A DNA stretch of 64,000 nucleotides from Oopsacas minuta (taxonomy: Eukaryota > Animalia > Porifera). The stretch is taken from NCBI GenBank assembly GCA_024704765.1, contig JAKMXF010000255.1, positions 496,001 through 560,000 of the forward strand, given 5' to 3'. Within the stretch, counting starts at the first letter, position 1, and each line of letters opens with the position of its first letter. The notes under the pieces are model-generated. The model had not been told where the DNA came from, did not search any database, and was given only the letters and a program-made list of their open reading frames with translations. Position numbers and translations under genes: made by a program. This document shows positions 24,901-36,900 of the stretch, piece by piece.

Positions 24901-27900
24901 AAAACCAAATCTTCGGTTGATTTCATCACGGTTTCGCAAGTTGATATGTCCACTAAATCACAAGTTGGTGTCTCAATTCCCTCTCGTGATACAACCACTA
25001 GTTTACCAAGTAATTCGATAGCTGCCATATCCGATACAACTAATGACATCATAACTGCCTCTACCTCGATAAATCAAATAATTTCGGCACCAAATCACCT
25101 TGTCACTATACTTCCAGTTCTTGCAATAGTCGTAATGTTAAGCGTTATTCTAATTGTTATTATTATAATTCTTGTGTTCCTCTATCGTCGTCGTATTCGA
25201 AAGGGAAAATCAGAAACAGATTCTCATTGCTATACAATGCCTGTATTGTCTGGTTTAATTCAGCAATCTGAAAGTTATTCTATCCAACAACACACCAAAG
25301 ACATAGGAATGTTGACGGAGACTCACTTACAGGATACAAACATTTATGCATCCATCAGTGAGCACTACAAGACTAACCTCGATTATGCAGTTGTTAATCC
25401 AATTCCCTTAGACAATGAGTATGCAGTATGTATTCCTACTAGTTCAACAACAGAACCTTACTATTTGTTGGATAGCAGAATGTACGAAGGTTTAATTGAA
25501 GGCGAAGTTGGGGATTCTGAATTGTACGGGTATTTGCCTGGAATGGATCCTCAGAGGTTAGCACAAGGTCTTGCTGCCTATGAAACTCCTGCTGCCTATG
25601 AAACTCCTAGATTAAATGTCCCTGCTTATTTTAACAATGGAATTGAGAGTTATTATATTGAACCTCCAAAAAATCTTCCTGAATTGGAAGACTTGTTCGG
25701 ACATTGTATGCCCGAAATAGCCAGGAATGAGATCAAATTGGAAAAAGAGTTCGCATCTGGTCAGTTCGGTGTCGTATATCGTGCTGTCTATCATACAGAG
25801 AAAGGTGACATCCCTGTTGCTATCAAGACACTGAAAGAAGCTGCCAATTCTGACACGAAGGTAGCATTCATGCGAGAAGCTGCCATCCTAGCTCAGTTCC
25901 AACATCCTAATGTATTGAGAATGATCGGAGTACTCACTACTCAGCAACCTTACATGATGGTCACAGAGCTGCTTAAGACTGAATTGGGTGATTTGATGAG
26001 GAATTTGAAAAAGGGTCAAGTACATGAGAAGGAAGATATTTCTCCTCTCCTTCTCAGATTTAGTCAAGAGATATCAGCTGGTATGAAACATCTGTCAGAG
26101 AAACATTTCATTCACAGAGACTTAGCAGCCAGAAACGTATTAGTAGCAAAAGATCTGACTTGTCGAATAGCAGACTTTGGTATGTCTCGAGAGCTTAACT
26201 CTGACAGCGAGTACTATACCTCGTCTGGAGGCAGGATTCCTCTCCGGTGGACAGCTCCTGAAGCTGTCTTCTTTCAGAAGTATTCAGAGAAGTCAGATGT
26301 GTGGTCATTCGGTATGACACTGTTTGAGATCTGGTCGTTAGGAGAGAAGCCTTGGGGTAGTGATGCTACGAATGAAGATATCGTTGAAGCTATATCAACT
26401 GGTAGGAAGCTGTCTCCTCCTACTGGTTGTCCTAGAGATGTGTACTCAGTAATGGTGGATACATGGAGAATGGATCCTTCATCTCGTCCCACATTTTCTC
26501 ATCTTCTCCACCAATTAACTAATATCCATCTGTCTGCTCCGCCTACTACAGATCCTTCTCAATGTCTGGGTAATGATCTCTCTCTCTCAAAGGATCATTA
26601 TCTTGATCTCCAGCAAATAGACTAATGTGTTGAATTTTATTTTTAGTCCCTAATCTTGTGCATGTTTATTGTATAGTTTATAGTGATTGTTTTTATGACT
26701 ATGAATGAGACGCTGAAATAAGACCAAAAAATGAGGTATTATAACGTCGAGTGTGCATGCTCAATTGGTCGAGTATGAAGATGATATGCATACAGGCCTG
26801 TTGAATTCCTGATACAAATCAGTGGCGGCGTATCATCTCAAAAAGTTGTCCCGCGACGCCGTACCTCCGATATTATCCCTGGTCATGTGTAAGACATTGG
26901 GCCACATTTCTATACGTAAATAGTTTTATAATACCCAACTGTCTTACACATGACCAGGGATAATATCGGTTATACTATAAGTAATTCTTAAACATGAAAT
27001 TTGCCGGTTTGAGCGGATTTTGAGGTACGGCGCTCCCCGGACCTGCCGCCCTGTAAATTCAAGCTAAAATTCAGAACCCCGCTTAGAATAGTGTCATAAA
27101 ATGCAATAATACTCTGCTTGCGAACAATATTCTCGCTAATTTTGAAATTTCCATTAAACACTCCTTCTATTGCGTTTATTTTCTTTGGTGAGGTAACTAA
27201 CCAATAGGATCGATCGGGTCTCGGCTGAAAATTGGTACTTTTTCCCCGCCCAAAAGTTGAGAACCCTGCCCTTGGCCAGCCGGGGTATTTAATAAAATTT
27301 ATGCTAAGAGATATTTCTAAAGCAAAACATCATAGGTTTGGAACAGAGAAATTTTCATGCGACATACTAAACCTCAAATATATACGTATCTCTATAATCT
27401 ATCTAAATCTTGCTTATGTCAAATCTTCACTATCATCAATTTCCTCGACGTGTTGATTAGGAAAACTACGTCAGGAGGTGGTTGAAGTAATTTGAATGAG
27501 CTAAATCCAACAGCTCTTATGTTGTACTTGAGGAACTAAGGATCGACCGGGGCCCCGGCCAAATTTGTGCCCCTGGTCGATCCCTACTAACCAATATTCA
27601 TTCATTAATGAGATTACCTTGATGTGTACTCGGAAAACGTCAATGCCACTTGCAGGTTCGTGTGTAATCCCACACTGTTGCTTTGTATTGTAGCTCATCA
27701 GCTCTTTCCATCAGAGGTTAACTGACGGATTGTTTCTTTGATATCCTCTATCGAATAATCCAAAGTAAACCCGAAAACAACTTTCGTAATGCTATTTATA
27801 TCACTTCGTGTTTCTTTGCAGGTAATACATGGCGCTCCTCCTTTACCTGTCATCTTTGCTTTTACCACTCCCTTCTAACCACTTCCTGCACCAAAAACGA

Positions 27901-30900
27901 GATTTTTTTTAGCACATTTTTGACGTCATAAAATCACACATTTTCCCTGCAGTTATCAGTTAATGGTCGAATTCCGAAATTCCAATTTTGGTTCAAATTC
28001 CACGCTCCCATATACATTACTCAACAGAAATACACTGATAATACTAATAAAGTAGCTGCTTCTCAGATTTACTTGAATTTTTCAAATTTTAACTTCCTCC
28101 TCATATTTAGGATTGTTGTAATACTTCTTTACAATTGGATTATTGGAAATAGATTTACAGTGAACTCCTGTTATATTGAATACTGATACGTATATCGAAT
28201 ACCCGCTTATATTATATCAAAATCTGAATTTGTTCATACGATTTTGACGCAAACCGTCAAAGGAACATATACTTCATCAGTTATATCGAACTCCGATCTT
28301 ATCGAAGTAATTACCACCGTCCCTTGAGCTTCGTCATAACGGGGGTTTACTGTACTAATTCTAACTATTAATTAATCAAACATCTACCATATTCGCACAA
28401 TTTAACCACTGTTTTATAAGCTAATATATTTACGGAATTAACATTTAATTCATACACGTACCTCAACCACTAATCGCTGTCTTATCTTCTCAGGTTATCT
28501 TAATTAATACTCTTATATTTAGTACTGCTATGTAATTAGAAGAAGACGGTAATTATTTGTTGAATTGGTATGTGTTATTGCTTTCTCGAAGTTACCACAA
28601 TATGAATGACTTTATCGATTCATTCCTCTTTACTGCTATGTATGTATCGATTCTAATATCAATTACAACCTTACAAAGGTCACCAATTTCCATATGATAT
28701 TATTAATCATACCCACAAGAGTAATATTACCTGGCATTGGTAATTAATTGATCTCATTCTACTTGACTATTTTAATTATGCCAGTTTAATCAGAGATAAA
28801 TAACTGGGCTAATCAGTTTTCTGTAGTATAATCAATAACTGATAGAGAGATAATGACTGTAATATTCAAAGTGATAATATTAGTTTGTAGTATTCATCTT
28901 TTTTTCGTATTAAGTATAAAGGCTATACCTTGTGGGTTAAATGGAGAGTTGAGGAGATTTAAAGTATGTCCATCATGTGTCTTTGAATTTACGTTACGAG
29001 TATGTACAATTAATCAAGATGCTAAATTAGAATGGACAAATGTCTGCTTCCGTGACTCATGGGACCGCGGTATAGTAGATGTATATTGTAGACAAAACGG
29101 CTATACAGGTAGTAGAGATGGTTTCACTCCTGTTAAGAGCAGAGATATGCACGGGAATGATGAGTATAAGTTGAATAATATTGTTTGTAGTGGATCAGAA
29201 AATAATCTATTAGAGTGTGTGTATCAGGACACTCTTGATTCATGTTTTTATCCGTTATACAGTCCTTCATCTGATTGTATTGGTGAAGGTATGATTTGCA
29301 GTGTAACTAATTGTAGTGCTTGTGCGGACAGAGAATTTTGTGATAACAACAACTGTATTTGCCCTCCTGGTTATACTGGAGAATGTTGTGATATTCAGCA
29401 AACGGCAATCTCTACTACCGGAATAATCTCTACTACTGGAACAATCTCTACAGCTATAACTACCACTGACTATGTTGTTAGTACAGATTCTACAAACCCT
29501 GTGTCAATGAGTGAAAGCTCCACTCCAAATGTCGTTACACCGATAGTATCATCTCCTCATACTCGCAATACCACCACTAATAGTAACATTCCTCCTAATA
29601 GTCAGACTAAACTGGTATATACCTTATTGGCATCGTTGTTAGGCGGATCACTTATAATAATAGTATTGGCTAGTATAATCTGCTTCCTATGTATTTTTCT
29701 GATAAAAAACTCAAAGCCTAGAGCGAAGAATGTACCTGTTGATTACGAAATTCCGAACTTGACTTTGGCGAATAATACCCAGTTTGTAGCAGAAGGATCG
29801 TTTACCATATCTCCGATTTCTGGGTCACAAACCCAGTTTGGGAGAAATATTACTATCTCATCATATGAGGAACCTCAGATGATAATTTCTACAGAACCTA
29901 TATATGATGAAATATTTTTTGAAAACCGGGAAGGTTTTCTGGACCAGTCTTCATCTAGTTATCATTGTTCTATGGAAGAGAACACTCTTTACAGTGGTTT
30001 TGTAGAAGGAGAGGTTGGAGATTCAGTTTTGTATGAACAGTTTCATCAGATTAATTGTGAAAAATTCGATCATATACCAGTGTTGGAACCAATAGACTTT
30101 GAACATCCTGATGACAATCAATATTATGTTATGCAAAATAGAATATACTACGTAGAACCTCCTTCAAGTTTACCTCAATTGGAAAATGTGTTTGAACATT
30201 GTTTCAATGAAATAAAGAGAGAAGAGATAGAGATGGGAGCAGAGTTTGCATCTGGTCAGTTCGGTGTCGTATATCGTGCTGTCTATCATACAGAGAAAGG
30301 AGACATCCCTGTTGCTATCAAGACACTGAAAGAAGCTGCCAACTCTGACACGAAGGTAGCATTCATGCGAGAAGCTGCCATCCTAGCTCAGTTCCAACAT
30401 CCTAATGTATTGAGAATGATCGGAGTACTCACTACTCAGCAACCTTACATGATGGTCACAGAGCTACTTAAGACTGAATTGGCTGAACTCTTACTTAAGT
30501 TCAAAGTAGTGACAAACAGCAATAACACTGGAAGCAATCATTCTGCTCAGAAGCTGAATCTCCATCCTCTCCTTCTCAGATTTAGCCAGGAGATATCAGC
30601 TGGTATGAAACATCTGTCAGAGAAACATTTCATTCACAGAGACTTAGCAGCCAGAAACGTATTAGTAGCAAAAGATATGACTTGTCGAATAGCAGACTTT
30701 GGTATGTCTCGAGAGCTTAACTATGAGAGCGAGTACTATACCTCGTCTGGAGGCAGGATTCCTCTCCGGTGGACAGCTCCTGAAGCTGTCTTCTTTCAGA
30801 AGTATTCAGAGAAGTCAGATGTGTGGTCATTCGGTATGACACTGTTTGAGATTTGGTCTTTTGGAGAGGAGCCTTGGGGTAGTGGTGCTACGAATGGGGA

Positions 30901-33900
30901 GATTATTGAAGCTATATCAACTGGTAGGAAGCTGTCTCCTCCTACTGGTTGTCCTAGAGATGTGTACTCAGTAATGGTGGATACATGGAGAATGGATCCT
31001 TCATCTCGTCCCACATTTTCTCATCTTCTCCACCAATTAACTAATATCCATCTGTATGCTCCGTATCCTTTACAATGTCTTAGTAATGATAGTTCTTCAT
31101 GATTTAGTCTGAATTCAGTTTACTGTTCTGACTTTTTGAGACTGTTTTCCTCATGTATATACAGGTTATTGCTAAATTGTATTATTTGCCCTGCTAGTTG
31201 CATTAACAAGTAGCATACTATAGTCAGGGGCTGTCCTATACATTTTAGTTTTAGATTTACTTGGGGTCGGCATATTTCTAGGCACTAAGCTAGGTCCTCT
31301 ATTCCCATACAGCAGGCCATACTTAATCAAATCATAGGCCATATATGATCGTATCTTACCCTCATATCAGGACTATGTATTAGGTAATGGAGTAACGATA
31401 GCTGAAGTGTTTTACTTTTTAGGAGCCTTAGGGGCGATTATTCGAGGTAATGCATATGTATTGTACGTAGACGTCTTCTTTGAAGTATTTAACAACTTAC
31501 CTTTTAGGATTATATATAATTTTGTATAATCGAAAATTGTTTTGTACAGAATATCATTTATAGATTCATATACGTATATATGTATGTTCCGTTCGGATAT
31601 CCTACCTCCTTTCCGTTCCCTAACCGAACGTCCCGATGTATAAGTCACTTATACATTGGGACGTCCGGTTATACATCTGTATATTCCCCCGATACCATTG
31701 ATAGCATTCCTCCACTGTAGTCCTCTTTTGGATTATCAAAATCATTCTGGGGCTTATTTGATTACACAGGCCTACACTTTTTAGTTGTATTGATTTTGTC
31801 AACTGATATATACTAATTCTGTGTTGCTGATTCCGATTATTTAGTCAGTTTCTCCCTAATACGTCAAGTTATCTCACAATCCTATTACTACATTTATAGA
31901 ACAAAATTGGTTTCAACCCTTATTTGTTAGATTGGATCAATGAAATTTCTGAAAATATCAATATTTCATTCACTAAGAATAATAATGATATAATTGTTAC
32001 TAATATGAATGGAAGAAAGTGATACTATAGACATGTAATATGAGCACTATTCAATCTAAAAATTTTCTCTTGTTTGACTTTCTTGAATGTTGTTCGTTAG
32101 GACAATCTCTTTTTAGGCACCAACAGTAATCTGCCATCCTATGTGTGTCCCATCTTCCTTGATATCGCTGTTCCATCACTTTTATGTCTTGATGGAATCG
32201 TTCACCTTGTTCTTCACTCATATCACCTAGATTATCCGGAAATCTATCAAGATGGTCTCTCAAATAATGAATTTTAATACTCATATTACAGCCAAGAGCA
32301 TGATAGCTGTCGACTAACTCTGTGACTAGTTCTTTGTAGTTGGATGCCTTTTTATTACCAAGGAAATTAGAAACGACATTAGAGAAAGCCTGCCACGCTC
32401 TCTTCTATTCCTCGTTCATTGAATCTTTGATGCTGTTGTCCCTAAGTAACTTGCGAATCTGTGGACCTTCAAATATCCCTGCCTTTTTCTTCTCTTCACT
32501 GATTTCTGGAAAATAATTTCGGATATACTTGAAACAATATCTGTCTTTATCCAGTGCTTTGATGAATTGCTTCATTAAACCAAGCTTTTTGTGGAGAGGA
32601 GGTAGAATTATTTTATTTGTATGTACCAGAGGGTTATTAATTACATTTTTGTTCCCAACTTTCAAACATTCTCTCGGAGGCCACTTTTCCCTTATCCAAT
32701 GCTGGTTCCTATCTCTACTGTCCCAATAACAAAGAAAACAGGGGTACTTAGTGAACCCAGATTGTTGTCCTAATAGAAAGTTGACCATTTTGAGATCAAC
32801 ACAGATGACCCAATCATGTGCAGAGTAGTTAATAATCTCTAATATCTCTTTTACATTATTGTACTCCTCTTTGAGTTTAACTGAATATCCTATAGGAATT
32901 GAACCGAATATATTTCCATTATGGAGTAGTACACATTTCAGACTCCTTTTGGAGCTGTCAATAAACAGCCTCCAGTCACTTGGATTGTAGTTCGGAACTC
33001 CCATTGCCAGTAGAAGACCCTCAACATTTGGACAAAACACCAAACCATTCTTTTCGCAGAAATACTGTTGAAACTCTTGCTCCCTGTAACGATATAATGT
33101 TACCTTTGTTCCTTGATGGAGTAGATTCTTTTCTTTCAATCTAGATGCAAGCAACTCAGAAGATTCTTTCGAGAGGTCAAGGTCACGAATTAAATCATTC
33201 AATTCCGCTTGGTTAAAGAGAGAAGGCTCCGAGGAAGGACCTTGAAAATCAACATCATATTCACAGTCATGATCATTGACTTCATCCGAATTGGCACCAT
33301 CTTCATCATCATAGAGTCCGAGAAACTCTGTGAATATTGGTACAGGTAGATCACTACAATGAGGGACTGGTCGAATAGCAGATTCTAAATTTGGGTAATT
33401 CAGCAGGTGTCTGTCACTCTTTTTGCAGCCCATAACACTTACCATGCAGAAATAACAATCATCGAAATGATTTTTTGATTCTCTCCAAATCATAGGAATT
33501 GCGAAAGGGAGGTGTTTCTCTACCCTTACTCCAAGACCTCAATAATTCTACACAAGATTTACAGACCTTATGAGGTGTCCAACTTTTGTCCTGGTCGCCC
33601 AGCTTAACTTTGAAATACGCATGGTAAGCTCTATTCACAAATTCAGTAATATTATGCATCTGAGGTTTCGGAGTATAGAAACCACAAATATAACAAAAAA
33701 ATGTCTGGAGAATTGAAACAGTTTCTTTTCGACATATCAACAAAAAAGAATAACAGACTAGTTAAAAACCAATAAGCAAATAAGACTATTTGGATATAAA
33801 TACTATGTACATAAAGTTATTGTTGTAATATGTAATCATGATGAATTTTTGGCAAAAATAGAAATTTTTCTGAAAATGTAGCTATATGGTTGTGAAAAAA

Positions 33901-36900
33901 CCTGACGTGATAAGAAAAACTGAATAGATATTCAGAATCAGCGCAACTAAATTAGTCTAAATCAGTGATCAAAATATAAACAACTGTAATATAATATTTT
34001 TTTTGTAGGCCTGTGTTATCAATTTGTCAGATTATTCTCAATAATTAAACGTTTGTCACATCAGCGTATGAATATGGTACGTCACTTGTGTGATCACTCC
34101 CAAATTAAATTATCCATTGTCTAGCTGATAACGTACTACGGTTTGAAAATATGGTTAAAATGCATTCAGGATATAATAAGCCTTTATTCAGGATAATTAG
34201 ATTTAGCTCCTTATTTTATTCATGTATAATATAATGAATCTCATTTTGTGAGTCTTACTATTGTTTTGATATTTTTGGATATTTTATTTGCTTATTATGT
34301 GTGAGATATCCTCTGACACTTCTAATTAATCCTTGTTGGGTTCAATAATTTGTTTTGGGTCAAGGTATTTAAGTTTGTGTTCGATTGAGTCTGTTACTAC
34401 AAAAAATAGATGTTTGTGTTAGTAATGATACAATATAATCCACATCTAGTTATCTCAGATTATTCTGTATACGGTAACGCAGAATTTATCTGTTGGTCGT
34501 AAAATGAATAATATATAGAGATGTATAATAAATCATACTAGTGGTAATCTCAGTAATAGTTGTACTCGTATTCAACTGTTTCTTAATTTGGCTTAATATA
34601 TTAACATGGAATGGTAGTGAAATATTTACAAAAGATATGTTAACATATTTGCTGGAGATCTGGAAAGTGATCCTTTGAAAGAGAGGGATCATTACCCAGA
34701 CATTGAGAAGGATTTGTAGTAGGCGGAGCAGACGGATGGATATTAGTTAATTGGTGGAGAAGATGAGAAAATGTGGGACGAGATGAAGGATCCATTCTCC
34801 ATGTATCCACCATTACTGAGTATACATCTCTAGGACAACCAGTAGGAGGAGACAGCTTCCTACCAGTTGATATAGCTTCAACGATATCTTCATTCGTAGC
34901 ATCACTACCCCAAGGCTTCTCTCCTAACGACCAGATCTCAAACAGTGTCATACCGAATGACCACACATCTGACTTCTCTGAATACTTCTGAAAGAAGACA
35001 GCTTCAGGAGCTGTCCACCGGAGAGGAATCCTGCCTCCAGACGAGGTATAGTACTCGCTCTCAGAGTTAAGCTCTCGAGACATACCAAAGTCTGCTATTC
35101 GACAAGTCAGATCTTTTGCTACTAATACGTTTCTGGCTGCTAAATCTCTGTGAATGAAATGTTTCTCTGACAGATGTTTCATACCAGCTGATATCTCCTG
35201 GCTAAATCTGAGAAGGAGAGGATGGAGATTCAGCTTCTGAGCAGAATGATTGCTTCCAGTGTTATTGCTGTTTGTCACTACTTTGAACTTAAGTAAGAGT
35301 TCAGCCAATTCAGTCTTAAGTAGCTCTGTGACCATCATGTAAGGTTGCTGAGTAGTGAGTACTCCGATCATTCTCAATACATTAGGATGTTGGAACTGAG
35401 CTAGGATGGCAGCTTCTCGCATGAATGCTACCTTCGTGTCAGAGTTGGCAGCTTCTTTCAGTGTCTTGATAGCAACAGGGATGTCACCTTTCTCTGTATG
35501 ATAGACAGCACGATATACGACACCGAACTGACCAGATGCAAACTCTGCTCCCATCTCTATCTCTTCTCTCTTTATTTCATTGAAACAATGTTCAAACACA
35601 TTTTCCAATTGAGGTAAACTTGAAGGAGGTTCTAAATAGATGGAAGATGTTCTTGCTTTTGAGGTTGTAATAGAGGTTTCATAATTTGGAAAAATATTGT
35701 TATATCTCAGTATTAATCCTTCATACGCCTCGTTTTTTATTTGACTTATTTCTTCGTATATAGCATAATCCGTTACCTCTCCCTCTACTAATACTGAATA
35801 TTCTCCACTCTCGATTAGAATTCTATCTTCCTCACTGTATTGACTATTTTGAATTATTTCTGAACTTATTTCTCCTGTATTGTTCTGAGCTATGTCAGTG
35901 CTTGTTTGTTCTAATTCTCCAAATCTGACCGCGTTTTCTATGCCTATATTTACGATAGTAAGGTCTTGTAGGTTGAGTTCATTGGTGCTTGATTGCAAAA
36001 TTTTTAATTTTTTCTTTCTTCTACTGTAAAATGTGGAAACAGATCCAATTGCACAAAATATGGATAATATTACTATTAATCCTCCTATTAATATCGTTGG
36101 GGTTCCTATTAGATACGCTAGATTTATTTTCCTTTTCTCAAAGCATATCTGATTTTTCGTGATGTTATCTTCATTACACTCTGTATATGCTTTGTATTGT
36201 TTACACTCCTCGCTCTCATTGACTCGTACATACTGACAGCCTTCACTTTCTAGAATGTGATTGCAATCCAGTAGAGAATCTTCGTTTCCAGTGCATTCAT
36301 TCAAAAGCAGTAAACTCAATCTGATCGTTGTATTTTGATTTAGATCTTCTTCATGGATCTCATTACCACCCGAATATCCATTCTGTCTGCAGTATACATT
36401 CAGTGATAATGCATTCCAATTCTCCGTGCATACACACACCCAACTTTTGTCCCCATTTTCATTGTAACAAATTTGAATTTCATTCGATGCGTTGTCTTTT
36501 CTGTAAGTTCCTACTTCAACACACACTTCTGCGGTGACAATTCTCCATGCAATACAAAACACGATTACCTGTAATAACAACAATTCTCTTGTTTGTTTTC
36601 TAATCCAGTTACTCATAACGTTCTTGTTTGGATAGTTTCAATGCCCAACTTTATATTTATTTATATTTGTACGCCATGCACTACTACTTTGAATAGTTAT
36701 AAATATGAGTATAACATTTTATCATTCCGTCAACTTTCTCTATAAATTACATTTTAAGGCAATTAATTATTATCCTTGTAACCATGCTCTGTAAATGATA
36801 ATGCAGTTTTTCGCATATTTTATCAGGAAATCAGCGTATGACGCAAATTTTATTTAATGGAAATTAACCTTACTCCTCTAAACCTAACTGCTGATATAAA

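Noticed and set aside
24128-25021. 297-aa alternate-frame ORF with repeated [16 protein letters not shown], and antisense ORFs 24066-24272 and 24780-25052
   Set aside because: By-products of the 48-bp stop-free repeat inside RTK1.
27889-27945. CRE-like TGACGTCA sites (also about 45183 and 57150)
   Set aside because: The 27.9 and 45.2 kb copies lie in a shared repeat fragment, so they are not supportable as promoter elements.
26274-34991. Three near-identical small ORFs MGRDEGS... (26274, 30796, 34773)
   Set aside because: Antisense shadows of the homogenised kinase sequences, not a separate gene family.
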